A stretch of 64,000 bases of DNA from Eledone cirrhosa (taxonomy: Eukaryota), in contig OZ024743.1 in the NCBI GenBank assembly GCA_964016885.1, positions 85,126,001 to 85,190,000 of the forward strand, read 5' to 3'. How positions within the stretch are numbered: the stretch's first letter is position 1; every line of letters starts with the position of its first letter. Shown in pieces: positions 1 to 13,468 of this stretch. The notes under the pieces were generated by a model that did not search any database, was not told where the DNA came from, and saw nothing but the letters and a program-made list of their open reading frames with translations. The position numbers were made by a program, and so were the translations under genes.

Positions 1-464
1 GGCATGACAGGCCTTGACTATTGGAGACGATTAGAAAAGCTCAACCTTTATCCTCTCCAACGTCGCCGTGAGCGCTACATCATCTGCATGATGTGGAAAA
101 TATTCCATCAGCATTGCCCAAATGATGTTAGCATCACTTTTAAGGTACACCCAAGGCTTGGGCCCTGTGCACAACAAAAATCACACTCGCATCTCATAAC
201 AACAATACGGAACAATTATTTCACCTCGATTGGCCCCACTCTCTTTAATATTACACCAAAACACATTAAAACAGAAACAGACCCCATAATGTTGAAGATG
301 TCTTTGGACAAATTCCACCAAGAAATCCCGGATATGTCTCCGTAAACAATAACTCTCTACTTGAGTTAGCCATGGTGTCCAAATCCTGATTTGAATGACT
401 TCGCCAGGTAGTGCTATAAAGTTAGACATGGCCTGGGCCAATACGGGCTAAAGCCAATCAAAGT
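1..464 (+). mobile_element. 3' end of a CR1/L2-group LINE (RT C-terminus plus 3' UTR)
   Basis: ORF 4-345 reads LDYWRRLEKLNLYPLQRRRERY..IWK-like and FTSIGPTLFN..P, typical of the CR1-group ORF2 C-terminus; ends at a (TA)n tract. Confidence 0.75.
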
Positions 465-480
465 TATATATATATATATA

Positions 481-801
481 TTGTTATACTTTGGGAGAGT
501 CATGTTGCCAATAAGAAACACACGCACCAGTTGCTTTCACTTTAATTTATTATAAATTAAATTATAAATTTAGGAATTTATAAATTTCCGGTTGGTTGGT
601 TGGTTCAATATGAACAATCGTCTGGTTGTGGAACCAACCAACCAACCGGAAATTTATAAATTCCTAAATTTATAATAAATTGAAGTGAAAGCAACTGGTG
701 CGTGTGTTTCTTATTGGCAACATGACCGTCCCAAAGTATAACAATATCGGTTTCAACACACGTTTTCAGATAAAGAATCTTGCTAAACAAATTCAGAAAC
801 G

Positions 802-804
<3 letters not shown>
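481..804 (+). mobile_element. Palindromic pseudo-LTR remnant of the PLE family at 10238-12914
   Basis: Arms 481-606 and 631-745 are reverse complements and match the termini of the 10.2-12.9 kb PLE; 745-804 matches 10238-10296 in reverse; flanked by (TA)n. Confidence 0.85.
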
Positions 805-858
<54 letters not shown>

Positions 859-1005
859 TATGTGTGTATATATATATATATTTATATAAAATATAAAGAT
901 TTACATGTACACAAACTAGACAAAGTCATAGATATATATGTTTTTGGCAACCATTCACGATGTGGCTCAATGATGAATTAATAAATTAAATAATCAGAGC
1001 AATAT

Positions 1006-1775
1006 ACTATAAATTATGTCCATAGAATCATTTGATAAGATATATACACTATTTCCTCTCCCAATCAGCATAATCAACCACACAAAAAACCAAGCTATAA
1101 GATTAAAAGGCACCTATGAAGACATAATAGATAAATAAACGACAGCCATATGGTTGCCAAAAACATATCTATGACTGTATAGTTTATGTATATGTAAATC
1201 TTTATATTGATAATCTCCCATAAGGTTGAGATGCAATTTAGGCAATATTAGGCTGCGCTTTCTAGGAACCAGCCCACTCGCCGTAAGGCACCAATCACAT
1301 TCTTTCTGACTTGACCACTGCCGCGTCACAGTTCTTAGCCATTTTGAATTCGTTTCTGGCGGGGATCATTTAAGAAAAATCTTCGTCCAAGTGAGTTTGT
1401 TTCCTGATGATTTCAAAGCTCGGAAATTTATCCTTGATCAGATATTTCCAAAAGCGAATGAAACCCTAAAGAGTAGAAACGTAATCCTGGTATGTTTATA
1501 TGCATTTTTTCTTCTAACTTTAATTTTATACCTAATTGTGTATGGTTGACGATATATTTAATCGATTTCCATGTGCTATCGAAATGGTGGGTAAATATTC
1601 TATAGCTGTTGATCGCGAATAGATGGCTGTCGTTTATTTATCTATTATTTCTTCATAGGTGCCTTTTAATCTTATAGCCTGGTTTAATTGGTTTGTTGTG
1701 TGGTTGATTATGCTGATTGGGAGAGGAAATAGTGTATATATCTTATCAAATGATTCTATGGACATAATTTATAGT
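1006..1775 (+). mobile_element. Non-coding inverted-repeat element carrying an HHR (PLE pseudo-LTR-like)
   Basis: Arms 1006-1149 and 1623-1775 are inverted; HHR motif at 1399-1480 in the spacer. Confidence 0.65.
1399..1480 (+). ncRNA. Type I hammerhead ribozyme-like motif with long stem II
   Basis: GTTTC-CTGATGA-[TTTC..GCT..GGAAAT..ATTTCC..AGC-GAAT]-GAAAC-CCTAAAGA-GTA-GAAAC; stem I GTTTC/GAAAC, GUA triplet. Confidence 0.6.
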
Positions 1776-1794
1776 GTATATATATATATATACA

Positions 1795-1860
<66 letters not shown>

Positions 1861-1864
<4 letters not shown>

Positions 1865-2639
1865 GAAAAATAAAAGTTACGGGCGAAAGAGAGGAATATC
1901 CATTGTCAGTTGTCTGCTAGGAATCATAGGTATTTCTTCACGTTAGAGACAAGATACCTCAGCCTAGGGCGAACAATAACTAAAATAAGTTATTGGGATA
2001 ACAAAGGGGGGGGGGGAGAGAAAAAAATGTAAATAGACACGAAGTGTTAAGCAACGTAAAGAGAGGACAATTAGGAAAAAATATCAAGTCAACAACTCAT
2101 TTCGAACGTAAGAACTGGCGAGTTTGACGAGAGAGAAAAAGACACGTCTTAGCTGTAGCAGTGTTAGGAAGAGAAGAGGCTGCATACAGTGGTGCACGAG
2201 GGAGGAAGTGAGCTAGCGGAGAGAGGATGACTAACAGAGAGGGAGTGAGTGAAAGTAAGAGGAAGCGAGACAGAGATAGTTATAGTTGCAGGTTAACCGA
2301 GAGAAGGTGACTAGCAGAGGGGGTGAGCGAAAGTAAGAGGGAGAAGGGGAGAGAGAGGATAGCAACTAGGGGAGATAAAAGAGACGGGTCACAGCGAAGA
2401 AGGAAGTTTATATGAATAAAATGGCGAGCTGTGTGGTTGCAATTAAGTATAATGAAAAATAAAAGTTATGGGCGAAAGAGAGGAATATCCATCGTCAGTT
2501 GTCTGCTAGGAATCATTGGTATTTCTTCACGTTAGAGTCAAGATACCTCAGCCTAGGGCGAACAATAACTAAAATAAGTTATTGGGATAAAAAGGGGGGG
2601 GGAGAAAAACATGTAAATAGACACGAAGGGTGAAGCAAC
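1861..2639. repeat. About 1.3 copies of a 589-bp non-coding unit (direct repeats of ~190 bp) inserted in (TA)n
   Basis: 1861-2055 recurs at 2450-2639 at high identity; GA-rich interior; no ORF. Confidence 0.8.
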
Positions 2640-2668
2640 ATATATATATATATAGAGAGAGAGATATG

Positions 2669-2737
<69 letters not shown>

Positions 2738-2739
<2 letters not shown>

Positions 2740-5700
2740 TCATCATCATCATCATCAAGGTTTAGCGTCCGTGTTCCACGCTTGCATGGGTTTGGACGGG
2801 GGTTTTCCCACTTGAGGCAAGAGTGGTTGTCTTGCTCGCATAGGACTGTCTGGCGGGTTTTCTACAGCTGGATGCCCTTCCTAACACCAACCACATTTAC
2901 AGTGTGGGGCTGGGAGGTTTTTACCGTGTTGCCTACACGGCCACATTTACAGCGTGGACTGTGTGTTTTTTTGTCGTGACACCTACACGATCTCATTTGT
3001 TTCGGCCTGGATGTTGTGGCACCAACATAACTTTACATTGCAAGGGGCGGTGTGGATGGGGTGGGGGTGGTGGGACGGGGGTGTGTTTTGATAGAGATGC
3101 CTACTGACTGTAGTAGGTTTTTACTTTGTATTTAGGTAAGGCGGGTCTTCTCTGTTACTGAGTACCGCCAAAGGTCTCGGTCCAGTGACATTGTCTTGGA
3201 GAGGTGTAAGCGTGTGAGGTCGGAATTTATCATGTCGTCCCAGGTTTTTCTGGGTCTGCCTACTCCGTGGCTACCGTCTATCTTTATTGCCCTGCACTTT
3301 GTTATACAGCTGTCGTCTTTCATGCGCATCACGTGACCGTACCAACGTAGCCTTCTCTCGAGTAAACAACATCTGATCCCTCTTATTTCTAATTTTTTCC
3401 TTAGTTCGTTTATGCTTAGCCGTTCACGTATATTACTATTGCACATCCAGCATGCAAGCTTCGTTCCTCTCTAGTCTGCGTATATCCTCTGCACACAATG
3501 CCCAGGTCTCACTGCCATTCAGCATTGCTGTTCGTATGCAGGCATTGTATAACCTGCCTTTCATTTTTAGGGAGAACCCTCTAGCGGCTAATAGTGGTAT
3601 AAGCTCTCTGAACTTTTTCCATCCAGTTCTGACTCTAGCTACTGTACTTTCAGAGCACCCTCCCCCACTGCTGATTTTGTCACCCAGGTAACGGAAGCTG
3701 TTCACTATTTCTATAGAACCCTCTGCGCAATTGAAAGAGCTAGTATTTTGTGGGCACTTGCTGCTACTTATTGCACCAGAGCACCGGCCACATGTAAAAT
3801 CTATGTTCTTAGTTAGCTTACCTGTGATCCCACTACATCTTTTATGCACCCATACTTTGCATTTGGGACATAAAATGGAGTTTCTACCTACGCCTTTCCT
3901 ACACACTGAGCATGGCCATTTCCCGGAAGGGACCGCCACCTTATTTTCTTTCCTACAAACTAGAACTTTAGTCTTAGCCAGGTTAATTTTAAGGCCTTTT
4001 GATTCCAGGCCGTGCTTCCATGTTTGGAATTTCTTCTCTAGTTCGGTCATTGATTCAGCTATGAGCGTTAGATCATCTGCGTATAGGAGTTCCCATGGGC
4101 AGCCGGTCTTGAACTCCTCTGTTATAGCCTGAAGGGCAATAATAAATAGTAGGGGGCTAAGAACAGAGCCCTGATGGACACCAACTTTTACGCTAAACTC
4201 TTCACTATATTCGTTGTTAATTCTAACCTTGCTGACTGTTTCTTTATACATGGCTTGTATAGCTCTCACAAGCCATTTGTCAACACCTAGTTTTCTAAGA
4301 GCCCACCAGATAATGGAACGGGGGACTCTGTCGAAGGCTTTCTCCAAGTCAACAAAAGCTAAGTATAGGGGTTTACTTTTAGCTAGGTACTTCTCCTGTA
4401 GTTGTCGTACAATGAAAAGAGCGTCTGTGGTACTTTTTCCTGACACAAACCCGAACTGCATTTCATCTAGATCAATTCTCTCTCTGATTAGTTGCGCTAT
4501 TACTTTTTCCGTGACCTTCATGACCTGGTCGATTAATTTAATGCCTCTATAGTTACACCTATTTAGGGCATCTCCTTTACCCTTGTAACAGTTAATGATG
4601 ATGCTGCTATGCCAGTCCTTCGGAACAACCCCATTCTGTATGACTTGGTTTACTATCCGGGTGACCATGGTGTGTCCCACCGTTCCAGAGGCTTTCAGCA
4701 TCTCAGCAACTATTTCCGAAGGCCCAGCTGCCTTACCCGTCTTCATATCTTTGATTGCCTTACTTATTATACTACCTTCGACTAACACTGCTGGTCCCTC
4801 TATTGGGTCGATGTGGGGGAGACTGTCTTTCTCCCATTTGTTCTCCTCATTTAGAAGCCTTTCGTAGTGACACTTCCAAGCTACCTTCTTATCAGCGTCA
4901 GTGATGGCAAGTATGCCATCATCATTAAGTACACACTTCTCCCCGACAATATCACAGTTTTCCTTGACACATTGCCTAGCAATCCTGAACACCTCACGTT
5001 TTTGGTCCTCACGTTGTAGAACATGCTTGAACTTTCTTTCCTCTGCTTCCCTTCTTGCGAAGTACACTTGTCTCCTAGCTTCCCTCCTGGCCACTTGATA
5101 GTCTTCTCTACTTCCCCCATCCCGCCATACTTTCCAAGCCTGCTTTTTGGCCTTAATTGACTCCTCCACCTTACTGTTCCACCACCATGTTACTCTCCTC
5201 CTACCTACAGGCCTGCTCCAGCCACAGACCTTCGTCTGCTGCCGTCAGCAGGTTTGCTTTCAGGAATTCCCACTGTTCCTCTATATTATACGACTCTAAT
5301 TGCTCTTCCTTACTGTCGAAAGCATCAAGTAATATGCTTTGAAATTTATTTCTGGCTATGGGGTCCTTTAGCTTCCTTATTTTTCTCCTGAGGATAGTCC
5401 TCTTCCGCTGTCTAGTACGTCTCGTCCTGACTATGAGGTCGCTAATTATCAGTCTATGTTGGGAGGTGCATTCTTCATGGGGGAGGGATTTAGTGTTAAC
5501 AACAGACACTCTGTCACGTCTTCTGGTAAGGATATAATCTACCTGGCTTGTGTGTTCCCCCGATCTATAGGTGATCAAAGTGATTGTCTCGTTTTTTGAA
5601 GTTAGTGTTACAGGTAGTTAGGTTATTTGCGTCACAGAATTCCAGGATTCTGGAGCCTTCCTCATTTCTAGTACCGAACCCATAGCCTCCATGGATTCCG

Positions 5701-6375
5701 TCATAGCCGTCACAATGTTGTCCAACGTGACCATTTAGGTCGCCTGCAATAATTATATAGTCACTGTCGGTTATTTGGGAGGTAGCGAGCATCAGTGTCT
5801 CATAGAATCTGTCTTTTATAGCGACGGGCAGTCCGGATTGGGGTGCGTACGCAGATATTACTGTCACCGTAGTTTTATTGAGGACAAGTCTTATTTTAAT
5901 TATTCTGTCGTTCACTCTATTTACGTCTATTATCTTATCTGCCCACTTTTCTGCTACCATGATTCCTACCCCACCCAGCCCATTATCATTTCCCACCCAG
6001 AAAAGCTTATAGCATCGTTCTTTACCCACGATGAATCTAGCAGACCCTCCCCCCCACCTGGTCTCTTGAATACAACAAACATCGACCTCCTTACGTTCAA
6101 GCATTTCTACAACCTCGTTAGAGCGACCCTTTAAGGTGCCTACATTCATGGTACCAACTCTGAAGTTTTGGATTGCGTTTGGAAGGTGGGAGTGGTGGGG
6201 CGCGGGGCGGGGATGGGGTTATGTTAGCCATCCTCGGCCGAAACAAGGAGGAGTGCTTGCATTCTCGTCCACGAGGTGAATTTGTCTTTATCTTTGGCAT
6301 TGTCGCTGAGCGTCCAGATTTTTCTCTCCTCAACTCTCCAGAATTTCGTAGTCCATCCATCATATCGAAAAGCAA

Positions 6376-6378
<3 letters not shown>
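2738..6378 (-). mobile_element. Near full-length RTE-clade LINE (APE endonuclease, RT, PHD-like finger), frameshifted
   Basis: ORF 5565-6149 has APE motifs (NVGTL, IQETRW, SAYAPQ, GDLNGHVG); 5201-5578 has VDYIL, SQHRL; 3436-5169 has RT motifs ([26 protein letters not shown]); 3132-3446 has [16 protein letters not shown]; (GAT)n tail at 2738-2757. Confidence 0.95.
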
Positions 6379-6430
<52 letters not shown>

Positions 6431-6436
<6 letters not shown>

Positions 6437-6843
6437 TAAATGGAATAGAAAATGCTGACAAATTGTTCACAGTTGAAAAATAGTTTAATTAGGAATAAAA
6501 GAGTATTAGTAATCGTATTGGTTAGTATTCAGTTGTGGTTTTAAGTTTTTACCGGTTGCGCATTTCTAAATGCTTTTCAAAAATAATTTTGAGATAGAGT
6601 GTCCGTGTTGTTTGCTCAGATCAGAACAAACAACACGGACACTCTATCTCAAAATTATTTTTGAAAAGCATTTAGAAATGCGCAACCGGTAAAAACTTAA
6701 AACCACAACTTAATACTAACCAATACAATTACTAATACTCTTTTATTCCTAATTAAACTATTTTTCAACTGTGAACAATTTGTCAGCATTTTCTATTCCG
6801 TTTATCAATACATAATAACTTGTGTGTTACACCTCTATTCTTT

Positions 6844-6847
<4 letters not shown>
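6431..6847 (+). repeat. Near-perfect palindrome (184-bp arms, 12-bp spacer) plus short tail; PLE pseudo-LTR-like with variant HHR
   Basis: 6431-6614 is the reverse complement of 6627-6810; contains TTGAAAA-GCATTT ag AAATGC-GCAA-CCGG-TA at 6661-6691. Confidence 0.8.
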
Positions 6848-7861
<1,014 letters not shown>

Positions 7862-7862
<1 letters not shown>

Positions 7863-8725
7863 ACATTTAAAAAATATGATAAACACGAAATGTGTTTATA
7901 TTGCAACAGACAAAGTTAGCTATTAATGAAATAAACTAATTAAAGTGAATACAATTTGTCTGTCTCGATATAAGTCAATAAAGACAAGCTTATATTGGCA
8001 ACGGCCATGATTCCTGGACAGATTTAAATTTCAAAATTCAAACCTGTTCTGTAGACGAATTTGAACCTCGAAACCTAAATAAGTTTCGCAACGGTGGAAT
8101 GTGAATTGAAAAATAAAGAGAATTGAAATGGAATAGAAATAAAAGAGTGAAATATCCGAATCTTCTGTGCTTATCAACAGGAATCCAGTAAAATTAGTAT
8201 ATCTCACATCAAACATTTTGCAGGTCTGACTACACGTGTGCAGGCAGGCCAAAACTAGCCGTCCCGCATTCACGGTGCTAGAAATAACAGCCGCTTATGC
8301 AGGATTAAGGATCAGCTCTACAATAAAGGAGCTATACATTATATTATATTTTGAGAATAAACTCTCAGTCGTTTACAATAATTAAGCTCCAGGAAAAGGG
8401 GCTCTTCCGAGCAGTTAAATACATTAAAAAAATATGATAAACACGAAATGTGTTTATATTGCAACAGACAAAGTTAGCTATTAATGAAATAAACTAATCA
8501 TGGCCGTTGCCAATATAAGCTTGTCTTTATTGACTTATATCGAGACAGACAAATTGTATTCACTTTAATGAGTTTATTTCATTAATAGCTAACTTTGTCT
8601 GTTGCAATATAAACACATTTCGTGTTTATCATATTTTTTAAATGTATTTAACTGCTCCGAAGAGCCCCTTTTCCTGGAGCTTAATTATTGTAAACGACTG
8701 AGAGTTTATTCTCAAAATATAATAT
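7862..8725. mobile_element. Non-coding element: partial tandem of a 558-bp unit followed by an inverted partial copy
   Basis: 7862-7935 recurs at 8420-8495; 8496-8725 is the reverse complement of 8341-8495 plus 7936-8012. Confidence 0.75.
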
Positions 8726-8820
8726 AATATATATATATATATATATAGATATGTATATATATATATATATATATATAGATATGTATATATATATATATAT
8801 AGATATGTATATATATATAG

Positions 8821-8904
<84 letters not shown>

Positions 8905-8906
<2 letters not shown>

Positions 8907-9135
8907 AAGGCGGGTAAAATTCCCGAGATCCATGGATGAGTTCTCTCCAGCGGTCTCTGTCCCTCATTATCGCTGCCATGTCCTGTATCTCCAACAGACC
9001 AGTGTCTGTCCTTAGGGCATCAACATACGTTAACCTTGGTCTTCCACTTCTAGTGTGTCCATGTAGGGGCTCCCAAAGGAGCACTGAGTGCAATGTCAAC
9101 TCTGGATGTCGGTGAGCATGTCCAGCTAACCTCAG
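8905..9135 (-). mobile_element. 3' fragment of a second RTE-like LINE family
   Basis: Encodes [31 protein letters not shown]; matches 9695-9925. Confidence 0.85.
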
Positions 9136-9172
<37 letters not shown>

Positions 9173-9225
9173 GTATATATACAATATTAAATAAATGGAA
9201 AACTATATTTATAAAACCATATTTA

Positions 9226-9287
9226 TTTCATTATATATATTTCGGGGATATCATATTAACAATATGCTATGCCTTCATCAGACAAAA
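9226..9287 (-). ncRNA. Type I HHR in a PLE pseudo-LTR fragment
   Basis: Minus strand: TTTTGT-CTGATGA-A-stem II-GAAA-TATATA-TA-ATGAAA; same family at 25399-25457 and 58896-60092. Confidence 0.6.
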
Positions 9288-9363
9288 TACAATATAAACA
9301 GTTTTATAGATAAATATATTAATATATATATATATATATATAAATATATTTGTATATATATAT

Positions 9364-9940
9364 ACTGATTAATGTTCAGAGCCATCCTCACCATTCTCGT
9401 GTAGCACCCATCCACCATTTGAGTGAGTTTCTTGGTCAGTGTCCAAGTCTCAGACCCGTACAGCAGCACAGACTCCACTACAGCAATGAAGAGGCGGATT
9501 TTCTGGTCTTTACGAAGGTCCGACTTCCACACCGATCTCAAGCTGTGGCACGCCGCCCAGGCTTTTCCTATGCTCTTCCTCTCAACCACATCATCTTCCA
9601 TATTCCCAATCTTTGCTCCCAAATACAGAGGATGAAAAACTCAGAGCTGTATGGGAGCATCCCAAAAGTCAGCTCAAAAGTGACACAGAGGAGACTGAGG
9701 TTAGCTGGACATGCTAACCGACATCCAGAGTTGACATTGCACTCAGTGCTCCTGTGGGAGCCCCTACATGGACACACTAGAAGAGGAAGACCAAGGTTAA
9801 CATATGTTGATGCCTTAAGGACAGATACTCGTCCGTTAGAGACGCAGGACATGGCAGCGATAATGAGGGACAGATACCGCTGGAGGGAACTCGTCCATGG
9901 ATCTCAAGATTTTTACCCGCCTTAGATAGATAGATAGATA
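9364..9940 (+). mobile_element. RTE-like LINE 3' fragment with 5' inversion
   Basis: 9364-9620 on - encodes ..VLLYGSETW..RMALNINQY; 9623-9925 on + continues IQRMKNSELYG..RRLRLAGH; ends TAG plus (ATAG)n. Confidence 0.85.
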
Positions 9941-10055
9941 TATAGATATGTATATATAGAAATGTATATATATATAGATATGTATATATATATGTATATA
10001 TATATATATTGATAGATATGTATATATATATATATATATATAGATAGATAGATAG

Positions 10056-10168
<113 letters not shown>

Positions 10169-10481
10169 TATGTATATATATATATATATAGATAGATATG
10201 TATATATATATATATAGATAGATATGTATATATATATTTCGTTTCTGAATTTGTTTAGCAAGATTCTTTATCTGAAATCGTGTGTTGAAACCGATATTGT
10301 TATACTTTGGGAGGGTCATGTTGCCAATAAGAAACACACGCACCAGTTGCTTTCACTTCAATTTATTATAATAAATTTATAAATTTATAAATTTCTGGTT
10401 GGTTGGTTGGTTCCACAACCAGATAGTTGTTTATATATTGTCATAGTTCTTTCGTCACACACTCTGTGACCTCTTCAGGCA

Positions 10482-12461
10482 ATGCAACCCCACATCGCTA
10501 ACACAAGAGAGGTAACACCACAGGAGCATGAGGATAGAGAAAAAGCCCTCAATGCCCATATGGTGATGTGGACGAATATAATGCAGCCCAACAAAAGGAC
10601 TGCCACCAACTTCCAGGCCTGGAACAATGACGTGCCGGCGTTGTATGGGCTTCGAAAAGACCATAAAACGGGCAGTGACCCTGTCGCGGGACCACCAACA
10701 CGGCCAGTCTGTGGAGCTAACATTGCTAGTAACTACAGACTGTCCTACTTCCTCTCCCTGGTCATACGCCCCATCATTGAAATGTCTCCAGATGTATGTG
10801 ACAGCACGGCGGACCTCCTCAGCAGAATCGGCGTGAGTAACCGATCTAGGGACCTAACAAACTGCATAATAGGTAGTATGGATGTTGTGTCCCTGTATCC
10901 ATCTATTGACGTGAATTTTGCTGTGGAGAAATGCGTAGAAATGATCAGTGAGAGCAATGTTGAGTTCCGTGGGATTGATACCAGTGAGCTGGGACTCCTA
11001 CTTAAACTTACCTATAGTAATAATTACCTAGACACATATGACCTTAGCAACCTGTGCCCTACAAGACCAGCAAGAGGCAGACCACCTACCATTACCTCAA
11101 TGGCCAAGAAAACCCACACAGATAGATGGAACGGGTGGACCAGAGCCATACGGACACCCGAAAACCACGATGAACTGAAGAAAATGATTGCACATGCGGT
11201 AGGGGCCAGCATAAAACTAACCCTTAAGGAACATATGTTCAAATTTAATGGAAACACATATGCCCAAGAGGAAGGAGCAGCCATTGATGTTAGCATTGCA
11301 GGCGACATAGCTAACTTATTCATGGTATGGTGGGACAGTAGACTTAAACTTAAGCTTAAAGAACAATTAGAAGACCCCTTAACCCTGATAATGTACTCCC
11401 GCTACGTTGATGATATAAACATCGTAGTTAAGACACCCCCACTAGAGAACAGTCAGGAACTAGAGAAAAACACAATGGAAAGCATCCAGCAAATAGCTAA
11501 CTCCATCCACCAGAGCATTAGAGTTACTATAGACTACCCAAGTAAACACCCCAACCATCGATTACCTGTACTAGACACAGAGCTCTGGTTAGATACCATT
11601 AATAACAAAAAACAAATCCTCCATTCCTATTATGCCAAACCCATGACTTCCAAACATCTGATCTACCAAAACTCGGCCATTTCGGACCATACCAAAATCA
11701 ACATACTGATTGCGGATTTGGTACGGGTGATGAGAAACGTGTCCCGCATGTGCAACCCCGAAGAACTAGAGAGACACATACAACACTTCATCCACCGTAT
11801 GCAGTTCTCTGGCTACAACCAGAGAGATAAAATCAGAGTGTATAGAGGATCCAGAACCAAATGGGAAAAAATGGTAAATAATGACATAAATGGGACCTGC
11901 CCCTTGTATAGGAGCAAATTTTGGAATAGAATAGAAAGAACTAGGAACAAGGCTAATAGAATAAACTCATGGTATGATAGCAATAAATACCAGAGTGTAA
12001 TGTTCATCGATACAACCCCTAGAGGTGAATTAGCTTACAAATTTAGAAAGGCCCTAAATAAACATAAACTCAATATTAAGATAGTAGAAAGACCAGGTAC
12101 CTCCGTAAAAACACTTCTTAGCAAGACATACCCTTTTCAAAGACCCTCATGTATAGATAAGAAATGTATAACCTGTAAAATAAGCCCCCATATTAACTGT
12201 AAAACTAGAAATGTAGTGTATAGCATAAGATGTACTGAAGGACAATGTAGAGACAAAAATATAGTGTACATAGGTGAGACAGCTCGTAGTGTAGGGGAAC
12301 GGATAAATGAACACTGGCGAGACCTTCAAGATAGTAAAGAATCATCTGTACTCTACCAACATGCTAAAATAGAACACAAGGGTAAATTAGAGAACATAGA
12401 AATAAAAATAGAATCTACACACAGAAAAGACGCAATGTTTAGACAAATTACAGAGCAATAA
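10482..12461 (+). CDS. PLE reverse transcriptase plus C-terminal GIY-YIG endonuclease (N-truncated; terminal frameshift)
   Basis: YGLRKDHK, RPVC, SMDVVSLYPSI, RYVDD, LPVLD; C..CITC..C linker; VVY..C..C..YIGETAR..ERINEH; frame breaks at RQITE. Confidence 0.92.
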   Translation: MQPHIANTREVTPQEHEDREKALNAHMVMWTNIMQPNKRTATNFQAWNNDVPALYGLRKDHKTGSDPVAGPPTRPVCGANIASNYRLSYFLSLVIRPIIEMSPDVCDSTADLLSRIGVSNRSRDLTNCIIGSMDVVSLYPSIDVNFAVEKCVEMISESNVEFRGIDTSELGLLLKLTYSNNYLDTYDLSNLCPTRPARGRPPTITSMAKKTHTDRWNGWTRAIRTPENHDELKKMIAHAVGASIKLTLKEHMFKFNGNTYAQEEGAAIDVSIAGDIANLFMVWWDSRLKLKLKEQLEDPLTLIMYSRYVDDINIVVKTPPLENSQELEKNTMESIQQIANSIHQSIRVTIDYPSKHPNHRLPVLDTELWLDTINNKKQILHSYYAKPMTSKHLIYQNSAISDHTKINILIADLVRVMRNVSRMCNPEELERHIQHFIHRMQFSGYNQRDKIRVYRGSRTKWEKMVNNDINGTCPLYRSKFWNRIERTRNKANRINSWYDSNKYQSVMFIDTTPRGELAYKFRKALNKHKLNIKIVERPGTSVKTLLSKTYPFQRPSCIDKKCITCKISPHINCKTRNVVYSIRCTEGQCRDKNIVYIGETARSVGERINEHWRDLQDSKESSVLYQHAKIEHKGKLENIEIKIESTHRKDAMFRQITEQ

Positions 12462-12733
12462 ACATAAAAGAATTACAACCAAAATTAAATAGAAAATATG
12501 AGTGGAACAGCAACATCACAACTTACAATTAAGGACAAAATGAAAACACACACACACATAGAACAAGCAACCAACCAGTAACATGTAAATAAACAAATAA
12601 ATAAATGAACATAAACACACACAGACACCCGGATGTGGCGCATGCGCAGACTGAGCACACAACACACACACAGAAACAAAATGGCGTAGGACAGAACAAA
12701 GGAGAGGCACAGAAACAAAGAAAGGAATCCCCA

Positions 12734-12776
12734 GTCACTGAAGAGGTCACAGAGTGTGTGACGAAAGAACTATGAC
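12734..12776 (+). ncRNA. Minimal type I HHR in the PLE 3' pseudo-LTR
   Basis: GTCA-CTGAAGA-G-GTCAC agagtgt GTGAC-GAAA-GAAC-TA-TGAC; inverted partial copy at 10440-10478. Confidence 0.85.
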
Positions 12777-12971
12777 AATATATAAACAACTATCTGGTTG
12801 TGGAACCAACCAACCAACCATAAATTTATAAATTTATTATAATAAATTGAAGTGAAAGCAACTGGTGCGTGTGTTTCTTATTGGCAACATGACCCTCCCA
12901 AAGTATAACAATATGTATATATATAGATATGTATATATATATATATAGATATGTATATATATATAGATATG

Positions 12972-13013
<42 letters not shown>

Positions 13014-13102
13014 TATGTAAATATATATAGATATGTATATATATATATAGATAGATATGTATATATATAGATATGTATATATATATATATATATATAGAT
13101 AG

Positions 13103-13173
<71 letters not shown>

Positions 13174-13352
13174 TATGTATATATATATAGAGATATATAG
13201 ATAGATATGTATATATATATATATAGATAGATATGTATATATATATATAGATATGTATATATTAATATATATATATATATATATATATAGATATGTATAT
13301 ATAGATACTTATATATATATATATACAGATACTTATATATATATATATATAC

Positions 13353-13468
<116 letters not shown>

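Larger units (their letters stand above)
10238..12914 (+). mobile_element. Penelope-like retroelement, 5'-truncated, with inverted 5' pseudo-LTR and 3' pseudo-LTR
   Basis: 10296-10478 is the reverse complement of 12738-12914; internal RT plus GIY-YIG ORF; flanked by (TA)n. Confidence 0.95.

Noticed and set aside
3452-5342. Plus-strand ORFs overlapping RTE, Tigger and Gypsy sequences
   Set aside because: Antisense or alternative-frame shadows of TE coding sequence with no independent motifs
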